64,000 nucleotides of DNA from an uncultured Bacteroides sp. (GTDB lineage: Bacteria > Bacillota > Clostridia > Lachnospirales > Lachnospiraceae). The stretch is taken from NCBI GenBank assembly GCA_964554405.1, contig CAZKOR010000001.1:19672-83671 (forward strand), written 5' to 3'. The notes under the pieces were generated by a model, which was not told the DNA's origin, ran no database searches, and was given only the letters and a program-made list of their open reading frames with translations. Position numbers and translations under genes: made by a program. Below, one piece after another: positions 41,469 to 51,572 of this stretch; position 1 is the stretch's first letter; each line of letters opens with the position of its first letter.

Positions 41469-41834
41469 ATGTGCATTTATATTGAGATGAAGGATTTGGT
41501 GGCAAACGCATTTATTGAATTGTTAGAAAAGCAGGGTAAGCGTCAGGTGCTTTTTTCTGAGTTGGATGAATACGGCGCGCGCGTGATAGAAAAATTGAAT
41601 GAGGAAGGGGAAACTCAGGCAGTTTTGGTGGTTTCCAGAGAAAGTCAGACGGCAATGGTTGAAGATTATTCTGATTTGTTTGAACCGGTCAGAATAAATG
41701 GCGCAAAGGGAATAGGACTAAGGGAAGGGGTTGAACGCATGCAATTATGGGAATGTTTCTGCACCTCTTTGTCTGTCAGAGTCATTATGGCATTTAAGAA
41801 GACGAATATATTTGAGGTAATTGCAGGAAAATGA
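41469..41834 (+). CDS. Hypothetical 121-aa soluble protein, translationally coupled to the HD protein
   Basis: RBS AAGAGGG; stop overlaps the next ATG (ATGA); no glycan-related motif recognised. Confidence 0.8.
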   Translation: MCIYIEMKDLVANAFIELLEKQGKRQVLFSELDEYGARVIEKLNEEGETQAVLVVSRESQTAMVEDYSDLFEPVRINGAKGIGLREGVERMQLWECFCTSLSVRVIMAFKKTNIFEVIAGK

Positions 41835-43471
41835 GAAGTGTAAAAACGAAGAGATTTAAAGACCCGATTTACGGATATATTGAGATAGAAGATGAACTTA
41901 TCACGAAGGTAATTGATACAGCACCGTTTCAACGCCTTCGTGATGTAGTTCAAACAAGCTATGCACCATTATATTCTTCTGCTGTACATAATCGCTTTGT
42001 GCATTCTTTGGGCGTATATTATTTAGGGCGAATGGTCGCGGAAGTTTTTCTGAATTCTTACGAAGAAGTTTCAACTGAAAAAATCCTGGACATAAAAGAA
42101 TATTTAAAGGTTTTTGAACTGGCATGTCTGTTGCATGATGTAGGACATGCTCCCTTTTCGCATACGGGCGAACAATTCTATTTGCAGAATGGAGACCGTG
42201 GAAAGCTTCATGCATTGATTATTGAACTCACTCAGGATATGGTGCTGCAGGAGGAAATTAAGCAGGAATCTTATAAGGCAGCGGCGCACGAGTTGATGAG
42301 TGTCATTGTATCGTTAAAAGAGTTTGGTGATCTGATACCGGAGGATAAAAAATCTTTTTTCGCTAGGTGTATTACAGGATATAAATATGTAAATGAGGTG
42401 GATGATCAAAAGGGTTACTTGAATTGTCTGATAGAGCTATTGAATTCCAAGATTATTGATGTAGATAAAATGGATTATTTGATTAGAGATTCTTATATGA
42501 CGGGGTATGATACGGTTGCCATTGATTATACGAGATTGCTCAATAATATTTGTATAAAAGGGGAGAAAAACGAGTGTCGAATTTGCTATAATAAATCGGC
42601 GCTTAGTGTGATTGAGAATGTTGTATATGCTCATGATGCAGAAAGGAAATGGATTCAAAGCCACCCTACGGTTTTGTATGAGGCATACATAATAGAAAAT
42701 ATGATTCGTGATGTAATGAGGGAAGTATTAGAGTGCAATCAGCTTTCGTATGAGTATTTATCTGGTGAAGGTAAGAAAACTGCTAAATTAGGAACTGTAC
42801 GCTGGTTGGGAGATTCCGATATTATATATTTAGCGAAGAATTTGACTCAATGTGATGCGGCGAAAGAATACTATGAACGCAACAGTAGAAAACATCCATT
42901 ATGGAAAACTGAAGCAGAATTTCAGGCTATATTTGAAGAAAATGATGAAGAACTGGATATCATAGAAAAAGAGTTTGATGCTTTGGAAACATATTTAAGG
43001 TCATTGGGTCTGCCATTTGTGTTAAATCATAGTGCATTGGAAGCAACAGAAAATGATATTAAGCAGATTACAGAGGTAGGAGATGGGGAAGAGATACAGC
43101 GGATGTTAGAAACAAAGGAATATCATAAGAAATGGATGAAAATGCTTGAAAAATATGCTACTGAGCAGGATATTGATTTTGATTTCCTGTTTATATCTGC
43201 CGACCAATTTAACAGTGGATTTCGGAAACCGGAATTTAATAATATTGAGGTGGTATTCCCGGAACTCAAAAACCCCTGTAAATTCAGTGCGGTATCCAAT
43301 GTACTTAAAGCGGGAGAAAGCAAAAGAGAAAAATTTTTCTTTTTATTTTATAATCGAAAAAAAGATAAGCAGGAAGTGAAAATTACGGATTTGATTACGG
43401 AAATGATTTCCTTGGCAAACGAGAAAAGAAATCAAGAGAAGGTTTTGGTAAAGAGGGAAAAGTTAAATTGA
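41831..43471 (+). CDS. HD-domain phosphohydrolase, SAMHD1/YdhJ (COG1078)-like putative dNTP triphosphohydrolase
   Basis: DPIYGYI, FQRLR..Q, HNRFVHSLGV, LLHDVGHAPFSH, IDVDKMDYLIRD; long C-terminal extension. Confidence 0.88.
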   Translation: MRSVKTKRFKDPIYGYIEIEDELITKVIDTAPFQRLRDVVQTSYAPLYSSAVHNRFVHSLGVYYLGRMVAEVFLNSYEEVSTEKILDIKEYLKVFELACLLHDVGHAPFSHTGEQFYLQNGDRGKLHALIIELTQDMVLQEEIKQESYKAAAHELMSVIVSLKEFGDLIPEDKKSFFARCITGYKYVNEVDDQKGYLNCLIELLNSKIIDVDKMDYLIRDSYMTGYDTVAIDYTRLLNNICIKGEKNECRICYNKSALSVIENVVYAHDAERKWIQSHPTVLYEAYIIENMIRDVMREVLECNQLSYEYLSGEGKKTAKLGTVRWLGDSDIIYLAKNLTQCDAAKEYYERNSRKHPLWKTEAEFQAIFEENDEELDIIEKEFDALETYLRSLGLPFVLNHSALEATENDIKQITEVGDGEEIQRMLETKEYHKKWMKMLEKYATEQDIDFDFLFISADQFNSGFRKPEFNNIEVVFPELKNPCKFSAVSNVLKAGESKREKFFFLFYNRKKDKQEVKITDLITEMISLANEKRNQEKVLVKREKLN

Positions 43472-43472
43472 A

Positions 43473-45069
43473 TTGGATATACAATATTACTTTATTGTCA
43501 ATGTTTTTTTCTTAACGATTAATTTTATTACTCCCCTTATGGGTGAAGATTATGCATTACTGGCATTCTCGCCGAATTATCATTTGAATGGTATAGAAGA
43601 ACTGATATACAAGACAATCTTAAGAATACAATATCAAATGGTAAATTGGAATGTTAGATTTGGGGGCAATTGTCGGTCATATTTAGTGCCTTTGATAAAA
43701 CATTATTTAACATCTGTAATAGCTTAATGGCATTATACTATATATATTTGGTTCAGTTGTATGCATTTAAAGGTGAGCAGAGGAATGTACGTTCAAGGCA
43801 ATGGAGTTTGCTTTTGGCTGGTTCCATGATTATATTATTTCAACCGGCTTTAGGAGAGGTTTTCTTTTGGAGAACAGGAAGCACAAATTATATGTGGGGA
43901 ATGTGTTTGCTTTTAACATTTGTGTTTCCGCTACGCTGTTATGTATGTGGGAGGGATTTGCTAGGAAATGTTGGCGTGATAATATGGAATAAGTTACATA
44001 GAAAGAAAGCGCCAATTTGGATATTTACTTCTTTCATTTCTTTTTCCTCTGGTTTCTTTTATATGCTTAAGGCACCTAGTACGGCTATAAGAGTAGCGTA
44101 TTATAATCAGATATATGAAACAACTGATTTCCATATTAAGGATTATTTTTCACGTATACCTAATATTGTAAATCGTTTTTTTCAGATAATAGGTGCTGCA
44201 TTATTATAACATTTATCATTATTTGTTTTAGCTTTATATTAATGCTTTATAAATATAGAATGAAGATTTATGACAAAAAGGCGGTTATAAATCGATGTGA
44301 AGTTTTGGGATTATTATTTTTGACTTCAATATCATGCGGAGCCTTGATTATGAGTCCGTATATAGAAACGAGGGCTTTTTTGTTACCAGAATTTATGCTG
44401 GTTGTTTGTGCTGTTTACTATGCAGATTTTATACGGCAAGATTTTGATAATAGTATTGTTTTTAAGACTATCGTGCCTGTATTTCTATTTGCAGTAATGG
44501 TTTGGGGAATGAATGATATCTATAATACATACAAGGAATATTATGATTTTAGTGTAAAACGAGAGATGGCGGTAGTGTTGTCCGATTCAGATGTTTTTTA
44601 TTGGGGGAAGTATTGGGGAGATTTATCGAATCGTGTATTGACTACGCGAGAAAATTATTTTGAAAAGAATATTGAGGTTGTAGATGATTATGTTTGGGAT
44701 ATTGGAGTAAATAAATATGCAGATGGACATGCGGTGAATGGAATAGATGAATTGAATTATGATGAAGCTACACATATATTTACAGTGAAAGGTTGGTGCG
44801 CATTTACAGATGGTAGTTCTGAAGATGATGTATATATTTGTGCAGATGGCGGTGGAAAGAGTTATTTTTTTGATACATTGAAATATAGTAGAAGTGATGT
44901 TATGCCTATGGAGCAAAGTGATATTGATGCGGTAACAGGCTATCAAAGTAGTTTTGTTATGATGTATACACTTACGCAGGAAGAAAAAATGGATTTGTAT
45001 GTTTGTGTTGTTGACCGGAACGAAAAACTAGTCGATAAAATCCATCTTGGGACTTTTTATAATTTTTAA
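43473..45069 (+). pseudogene. Fragmented DUF6056/GT-C-like membrane protein
   Basis: Pieces 43473-43727 (TPLMGEDY, WNVRFG), 43670-44209 (FFWRTGSTNYMW, KAPST) and 44242-45069 rejoin with +1 base at G5 (43662-43666) and at T7 (44176-44182). Confidence 0.75.
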
Positions 45070-45122
45070 ATTTTGAAGCAAGGTTGTATTTTAGCTATTA
45101 GTAGTATAGAATGGAAAATAAG

Positions 45123-45433
45123 ATGGAGTTATGTGAAGAAATCAGTATTAACGATATTCAGGGATGATGTACAAACCGTTGTATTGTTTTACGATTGTTG
45201 CCATGGTGCTGAGTTCGATTGGACTTCTTGTAGGAATCAGGTTTTTAGTGTTCTATTTTACCGGGAATGGGACGAGGCATACACAGTCGCTTATATTGGC
45301 GTGTACATTGCTGATTATTGGGTTTGTCACTTTTGTGATTGGATTACTGGCGGATGTGATTAGCGCGAGCAGGAAGATATTGGAGGATGTGCAGTATCAT
45401 CTAAAGAAGCAGGAATACGAGAAAGAAAAATAG
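45123..45433 (+). pseudogene. Relic 3' end of a GT2 paralogue (repeat copy 2); ORF 45164-45433
   Basis: Near-identical C-terminal 89 aa to 40425-41369; has a 5-bp deletion (CGCTG) relative to copy 1 and lacks the catalytic domain. Confidence 0.88.
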
Positions 45434-45447
45434 GGAATAAGAAAAGA

Positions 45448-46278
45448 TTGTTTGAGAATGGTAACAATAATATGTCAAGAAGTATTTATAAGGGAAAGAA
45501 CTATGAATTTGTGTATAATTTAGATAATTATATGATAAATAAAGATGATTCATCGAACCGAGGAGTTTGTGTGATTTATTGTTCCAGTAGCGGGTTGTAT
45601 TATCCTAATACAGAGGAAGAATTTATTGAGGCGTTTATTAAAACAAAAGATAAGTATGAATGGAAAAATAATCAAATCACAAATGCTAATAAATCAATCT
45701 GGATTAGGGACATTACAAAGGAATTTTATATAAGGGGAATTAATAAAAGACTAAACAGTATAGATAAATTACTTTCTTTTTTACAAGATGAAGTTCAGGG
45801 ATATGATGTCATTACAGTAGGAAGTTCTGCTGGGGGATACATTGCAACATTGATTGGATGTTATTTGAATGCTAAAAGAGTATACTGCTTTTCTGGTTTT
45901 TTTGATTTAAACGTAATCGATAAAGAGACGTGGCCTTTGGTTTATGAGTACTGCGCTATACCGGAGTATCAAAAATGGTATAATCTTAAAGATATTATAG
46001 AAAACAGTGAAACAAAAGTATTTTATTTTTATCCGGGAAAGCTTGCAGGTGATATTATGCAGTCTGAAGTTGTAAAAGGTGCTGATGGCGTATTCTCGTT
46101 TCAGTTTGAGAGTAAGGTGCATGGAATTCCATTTAAAGATAGTTTGCATATCCCGCTACTGAATAAGATTCTAAACATGCCAGAAGATGAGTTATTAAAA
46201 TTATATATGTTTTTTCAAGGAGAAAAGATTAAGAAAATAGAGTGGATATTTCACGTTCTTTTAAGTCGATGGAATTAG
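45448..46278 (+). CDS. Hypothetical alpha/beta-hydrolase-like protein
   Basis: VGSSAGGY (GxSxG) motif and late HG; start may be ATG 45472. Confidence 0.55.
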   Translation: MFENGNNNMSRSIYKGKNYEFVYNLDNYMINKDDSSNRGVCVIYCSSSGLYYPNTEEEFIEAFIKTKDKYEWKNNQITNANKSIWIRDITKEFYIRGINKRLNSIDKLLSFLQDEVQGYDVITVGSSAGGYIATLIGCYLNAKRVYCFSGFFDLNVIDKETWPLVYEYCAIPEYQKWYNLKDIIENSETKVFYFYPGKLAGDIMQSEVVKGADGVFSFQFESKVHGIPFKDSLHIPLLNKILNMPEDELLKLYMFFQGEKIKKIEWIFHVLLSRWN

Positions 46279-46285
46279 GTAATCC

Positions 46286-46314
46286 TTGAAATGATATGTT
46301 AATTATACTATACT
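46286..46314 (+). promoter_or_regulatory. Putative sigmaA promoter
   Basis: TTGAAA-17 bp-TATACT in the intergenic gap before 46378. Confidence 0.6.
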
Positions 46315-46377
46315 ATATAAATAGTTAAATAGCAGGCTAGAAGATATAGCTATGCTTTTCAAAATATTGGAAAGTGC

Positions 46378-47535
46378 GTGAAAATGAGAATATTATTTAT
46401 TTCAACAGCTGATTGCAAATATGGTGCGGCAAAGACTATGGTCAATATGATTACGGAATTGAGTAATAGATATGATGTTCAGCCGGTTGTATTGACGAAG
46501 AAGTATAATGCGTTGAATGAGATGTGCGAAGAAAGAAACTTAGAAAACTATTCGTATTGGTATAGAGACATCATGTCTGGTTCAGCATATAGCAATCCTT
46601 TTTTGAATATATTAAAGCATTGTGTTAAATATAGTTTATACCTTTGGGGTGGCATAACACAGCATTTTATTGAGCGTTGTGGAATTGATATGAATGGAAT
46701 AGATTTAATACATTCCAATCATATTCGTATAGATATAGGTGCATATTTAAGCAGGAAATATAAGAAACCTCATATTTGGCATATTAAAGAACTTAATCGT
46801 GGACATGTCAAAATTATTCATTATAAGCCAGATTGTTATCAATATATTAACCGTAACGCAGATGCATTTATTGCTATATCAAAGCGAGTAAAAGAGTATT
46901 GGTGCGAGGCAGGATTAGATAATACAAAAATTCATACAATATATGAAGGAATTGATGCTGAAAAGCTCCAGCAGAAAAAATGGAAAGATGACAAGGCTCT
47001 TAAGCTTGTGTGCGTAGGCCGGATAGAAAAAAGTAAAGGGCAAGATCAAATATTGCGGGCAATAGTACGTCTGCCAGAAGAAGTGAAGGAAAATATTACA
47101 CTCGATTTGTATGGAGATGCGTATTCGGATTATTTGCATAAACTGCAGGCTTTTATCAAAGAAAAGCATTTGGAGAAAATGGTTCGTTTTCAGGGGTATT
47201 GTGCATCGATTCAGGATAAGCTGAAAGATTATGATGTTGGTTTTATGTGTTCTAAGGGAGATGCTTTTGGTATGGTCACAGCTGAATATATGGCAGCAGG
47301 GTTATTGACGATTGCTACTTATACAGAATTGGCGGAACATAATATAACTGGTCTTCGCTATGAATATGATGATATAGATCAATTAGCTCAGAATATTGCG
47401 TATGCCTACTATCATAGGGAGGAAGCAAAAGAAATGGCAGAACGTGGGAAAAAGAAGATTCAGCAAGAATTTTCTATTCAAAGGCATGCAGAGCAGGTAT
47501 ACAATCTGTATAGAAAGATGCTGGCAGGCGAATGA
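46378..47535 (+). CDS. GT4 glycosyltransferase
   Basis: YGAAK, HIWHIKE, VGRIEKSKGQ, DAFGMVTAEYMAAG. Confidence 0.88.
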   Translation: MKMRILFISTADCKYGAAKTMVNMITELSNRYDVQPVVLTKKYNALNEMCEERNLENYSYWYRDIMSGSAYSNPFLNILKHCVKYSLYLWGGITQHFIERCGIDMNGIDLIHSNHIRIDIGAYLSRKYKKPHIWHIKELNRGHVKIIHYKPDCYQYINRNADAFIAISKRVKEYWCEAGLDNTKIHTIYEGIDAEKLQQKKWKDDKALKLVCVGRIEKSKGQDQILRAIVRLPEEVKENITLDLYGDAYSDYLHKLQAFIKEKHLEKMVRFQGYCASIQDKLKDYDVGFMCSKGDAFGMVTAEYMAAGLLTIATYTELAEHNITGLRYEYDDIDQLAQNIAYAYYHREEAKEMAERGKKKIQQEFSIQRHAEQVYNLYRKMLAGE

Positions 47536-48449
47536 AAAGAAATGAAAAAGTTAATGTACTGATGTGTGTATATAAGGAAAAGATAGAAGTAGCAAAGACG
47601 GCCATATTATCAATCATACAGCAAACATATTCGAATGTTGAATTGATTGTTGTGATAGATAATCCGGAACGAACAGATGTTATCAATCTATTAGAAACAC
47701 TTAAAAAAGAAAAACCAATTAGATATTGTGTAAACAGTCAAAATCTTGGACTGCCAAACAGCCTGAATGCTGGTTTGAAAATGTGTGATGCCCCTTATAT
47801 TGCCAGGATGGACGCAGATGATATTTCGATTTCGGATCGTATAGAAAAACAGTTGTTTTTTTTGCACCAAAGTCACAGTGATATTGTTGGTGGATATATT
47901 GACTTAATAGATGAAGAAGATATTTTTGTTCGGAAGAGAAAAAATTTTCCTGTAAAGGATAAGTATATTCGTGAGATGCTGTATTATAGAGATTGTATTC
48001 CGCATCCAACTTGGTTTGTTAAAAAGGAACTATATGATAAACTTCAGGGATATAGAGATATTCCATTTTCAGAAGATTACGATTTTTTGGTGCGTGCAGC
48101 ATTATCTGGAGCCAGATTTGGAGTTTTGCCGCAGGTGTGCTTAAAATATCGAATTAGCAGTAATGGAATTACGCAAAAAAATTTGGCATTGCAGAAGCTT
48201 CTTTCAAGATATATACAACAACAATATAGATTAAAGGAAACAGAGGGTTCCGACAGGGTGCAAGTATATATCAAAGAAAACCAAAACCGGTTTAATCATA
48301 TTATGAAATTTTATGAACTCGCAAAGAAGCCTCGAAAAACCCTAGTAATTTGGTTACAGTTAATATTTTCCAGGCAAATGTTTGCAGAATTAAGAGAACG
48401 CTTAGGAACAAAGATTATATTATGGAAGGACAAACATGATTATTGTTAG
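47532..48449 (+). CDS. GT2 glycosyltransferase
   Basis: NLGLPNSLN, YIARMDADD, HPTW, SEDYD. Confidence 0.9.
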   Translation: MKRNEKVNVLMCVYKEKIEVAKTAILSIIQQTYSNVELIVVIDNPERTDVINLLETLKKEKPIRYCVNSQNLGLPNSLNAGLKMCDAPYIARMDADDISISDRIEKQLFFLHQSHSDIVGGYIDLIDEEDIFVRKRKNFPVKDKYIREMLYYRDCIPHPTWFVKKELYDKLQGYRDIPFSEDYDFLVRAALSGARFGVLPQVCLKYRISSNGITQKNLALQKLLSRYIQQQYRLKETEGSDRVQVYIKENQNRFNHIMKFYELAKKPRKTLVIWLQLIFSRQMFAELRERLGTKIILWKDKHDYC

Positions 48450-49302
48450 ATTTCAAGGGGGTGTCGGAAATCAATTATTTCAGTACGCCCTGTATCGTAA
48501 GTTATTAAGTATAGGAAAAGAAGTATATGCGGATTTAAATGATTATAGATATAAGAGCGGAGAGAGAAAGTATGAATTGGACAAGTTGGGACTTTCTGTA
48601 CAGGAGGCTTCTTTAGCGACAATAAACAAAATTTTTCCTCGCGGCAATGATATTATTTCTAAAATTCTCAGAAATACATTTTATAAAAAAAGATGTATTA
48701 AAGAAAAAATACCTCAGACATTTGATTCTAGATTCTTGGAATGTGATAACGTATTTTTGAGTGGTTATTGGCAGACAGGAAAATATTTTGAAGATATTCG
48801 GAAGGAACTTTACCGGGATATTAAGTTCCAATCTGTGAATGAGGTTGAAAACCAGAAAATATTGAATAAAATGCATCATTTGAATTCAGTATCCGTACAT
48901 GTTCGAGTGGGTGATTATATAAACAATCCGTTGTATGGCGGCATATGCACCCCCAATTATTACCTTAGGGCAATTGCTGCTATAAAGGAACGGTTTAAGG
49001 ATGCCTTTTTTTTTGTAATATCAGATGATATACCCAAGGCTCGCAGGCTGTTAGGGGGAGAAAATTTTGAATACGTGGAAGTCAATAGAGGAGAAGCGGC
49101 TTATTATGATATGTACCTGATAAGTCAGTGCAGACATCACATTATGGCGAACAGTTCTTTTAGCTGGTGGGGAAACTGGCTGAATCAAAATGAGGATAAA
49201 ACAGTCATTTCGCCTTCCATATGGGAAAGGGGAGCTACATCGGAGGATTTATGGGAAAAGTCATGGGTTCGGATAAGCCCAGAAGGGAGTATAGTTATGT
49301 GA
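48436..49302 (+). CDS. Alpha-1,2-fucosyltransferase (GT11)
   Basis: GGVGNQLFQYA, GYWQ..KYF, VHVRVGDY, SDD, ANSSFSWWG. Confidence 0.92.
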   Translation: MIIVRFQGGVGNQLFQYALYRKLLSIGKEVYADLNDYRYKSGERKYELDKLGLSVQEASLATINKIFPRGNDIISKILRNTFYKKRCIKEKIPQTFDSRFLECDNVFLSGYWQTGKYFEDIRKELYRDIKFQSVNEVENQKILNKMHHLNSVSVHVRVGDYINNPLYGGICTPNYYLRAIAAIKERFKDAFFFVISDDIPKARRLLGGENFEYVEVNRGEAAYYDMYLISQCRHHIMANSSFSWWGNWLNQNEDKTVISPSIWERGATSEDLWEKSWVRISPEGSIVM

Positions 49303-49419
49303 AGGTATTATTTAGCATTAAAATATGCTAAACGATATTTAATGGATTGCATAAAGGTTGTTAGATAAAGGAAATGGACGATATAAATGCAGGATAAAAC
49401 TCAGAGAAAGGAGAGTCAG

Positions 49420-50481
49420 ATGAAAGATTCAAAAAGAGTTGTGTACTTGGATATCATCAGAATAGTAGCTGTATTAATGGTTATTTTTTGTCATACTGGC
49501 GATATAGGAAATAAGTTATATACTGTTAATGTAAATTTAGTTTCACGAGGATTAGCTCTTGCATTAGATGTATTTCGGTGTGTAAATGTGAATCTCTTTT
49601 TTATGGTTTCCGGAGCACTGATATTGAAAAAAGATATTTCCTATAAGGATCTCATAACTAAGTATGTTATGAGATATATTGTTATTATCGTAGCGATTGA
49701 ATATTTCTATTGGGTTGTATATTTTGGAAGACCTTGGTATGATATAAAGGAGCTCTTAACATCTATTTATCATGAGCGTAATGCGTTTCATCTTTGGTAC
49801 TTATATTATTATATAGGCTATTTGTTAATACTTCCATTTCTACGAAAACTTGTAAAAGTAATGAATCGGGCAGATTATAAGTATTTGCTGATTATGGGAA
49901 TATTGTTTCTAAATGGTTTTCGAGTATTTGAAGCACTTACGGGCTTGGGAAGTTTTGGAATAGGATGTGCTTTTACTGCGCAAAATATCTTTTTTCCTAT
50001 AATAGGATATTATATTGCCAATGTGATATCAGATGAAGAGTGTAAGATTAAATATGTGGGGATGGGGATGCTTGTTACAGCAATATGCATTATGCTGACA
50101 ATGGGTATGATGATATTGGAAATGGTCGAAAATGATTATACATTTAAGGATACTTATTTAACATCGCTTAATGTTCTGCCTAGCATTGCAGTATTTTATG
50201 CTGTAAGAACTTTGTGTATTCATATCAGTATCCCGAATTGCCTAAAACAGATTTTGACCTGGGGGGGGGCAAATACATTTGGCGCGTATCTATTCAGTGT
50301 CTGGATTCAAGGGAAACTGTTGCCTTTCCATAAAAGACTTGTTTGTCGGCTAGAGGGACTGCCATTAACTGCCTGCCTTATTTATATTGCAGCAGTGTAT
50401 ATTGTAGGAACGCTAATTACTTTTATTTTGAGAAAAATAATTTATATGGGTAAGAAATGTCTTTCACTACGGAAATTATAA
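49420..50481 (+). CDS. Acyltransferase family 3 with a G9 tract at 50261-50269
   Basis: YLDIIRIVAVLMVIFCH, LFFMVSGAL, HLWYLY, NTFGAYL; ATG 49420 after AAGGAG. Confidence 0.87.
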   Translation: MKDSKRVVYLDIIRIVAVLMVIFCHTGDIGNKLYTVNVNLVSRGLALALDVFRCVNVNLFFMVSGALILKKDISYKDLITKYVMRYIVIIVAIEYFYWVVYFGRPWYDIKELLTSIYHERNAFHLWYLYYYIGYLLILPFLRKLVKVMNRADYKYLLIMGILFLNGFRVFEALTGLGSFGIGCAFTAQNIFFPIIGYYIANVISDEECKIKYVGMGMLVTAICIMLTMGMMILEMVENDYTFKDTYLTSLNVLPSIAVFYAVRTLCIHISIPNCLKQILTWGGANTFGAYLFSVWIQGKLLPFHKRLVCRLEGLPLTACLIYIAAVYIVGTLITFILRKIIYMGKKCLSLRKL

Positions 50482-50555
50482 GGATAACTATTTACATTAA
50501 ATGGTTGTCACAAAGACTTAGTAACTTGTTAGTATATGTGAATTGAGGTAAGGTT

Positions 50556-51566
50556 GTGCTGTTTAGTATCATTATACCGTTTTATAATGCGGAAAAGTAT
50601 TTAGAACGATGTGTTGAAAGTATATTACGCCAGACATATGAAGATTATGAGATAGTATTTATTGATGATTGTTCAACAGATGAAAGCGTATCGATTGCTC
50701 AAAGATATTGCAGTGGGAATGGAAATATTCATTTGTTAAAAGGAGAGCATAAGGGACCTGCCGCTGCGAGGAATGTTGGAATAAGGAATGCGAAGGGGGA
50801 GTATATATTATTTATTGATGCTGATGATACAATTGAAATAGATACATTAAAGGAAATATATACTGTCTTAAATAACAAATGCGTGGACATTTGTTATATG
50901 AGCTCTCATTATGTTATAAAAGGAGCAATTAAAAAAAAGAATACAGTGTTTAATTCTATAGAGGGGCACACAATATATACCTGTTCAGAATTTGCACGTC
51001 TTATTGCGCAAAGAGGGAACAGGTTTCCGGGATCAATGTGGTTAATGATATGCCAAAGTAAATTCTTGATTCAAAATGAGCTTTATCTTGATGAGTCTAT
51101 TTTATGGAGCGAAGACACAGATTATTCTTATAAAGTTTTTAGTTCTGCGCGTTCTATAGCTGTGTGTGATTATGTCGGATACGACTGGTACAAAGATATC
51201 CCGCAATCATTATCTAAGCAAACTAACATAGATAAGATTTTTAATAGATTAGATGTATATAAAAAGTGGTATTTGTTTTTTTTGAATGACGGCATAATGC
51301 TTAAATATAGTAAAAAAGAAAAGAAAAGTTTCCTTCAGCAAATTTTATATAACTATTGCACCTATTTGTTTCAGGTGGGAATATTTGAAGATCAGGCAAT
51401 TAATAGAGAATTATATAGACGGTTGAAAGAAGAAGAATGGCTTTGGAAACAGTGTATAAACTGGAAAATAAAAATATATGGCATACTGGGATTGGGCATA
51501 GGAAGATATTTTAACTATTTATATTACCACACTGTAAAGTTTTTGGGTATGAAGAAAAGGATATAA
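50556..51566 (+). CDS. GT2 glycosyltransferase
   Basis: SIIIPFYN, DDCSTD, AARNVG, FIDADD, SED. Confidence 0.9.
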   Translation: MLFSIIIPFYNAEKYLERCVESILRQTYEDYEIVFIDDCSTDESVSIAQRYCSGNGNIHLLKGEHKGPAAARNVGIRNAKGEYILFIDADDTIEIDTLKEIYTVLNNKCVDICYMSSHYVIKGAIKKKNTVFNSIEGHTIYTCSEFARLIAQRGNRFPGSMWLMICQSKFLIQNELYLDESILWSEDTDYSYKVFSSARSIAVCDYVGYDWYKDIPQSLSKQTNIDKIFNRLDVYKKWYLFFLNDGIMLKYSKKEKKSFLQQILYNYCTYLFQVGIFEDQAINRELYRRLKEEEWLWKQCINWKIKIYGILGLGIGRYFNYLYYHTVKFLGMKKRI

Positions 51567-51572
51567 AAGATA

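Noticed and set aside
45073-45363. 96-aa ORF overlapping the relic GT2
   Set aside because: Product of the 5-bp deletion in the duplicated segment; only WSYVKKSVLTIFR is GT2-derived and the rest is out of frame
47281-47350. GT4 motif looks a few residues short (IATYTELAEHNITG)
   Set aside because: Could be an in-frame microdeletion, but cannot be told from family variation without an alignment
2171-50938. A7-A8 and T7-T8 runs inside genes (e.g. 2171, 18631, 50931)
   Set aside because: Expected in an AT-rich, Lys/Phe-rich coding region and in frame, so they are not evidence of phase variation
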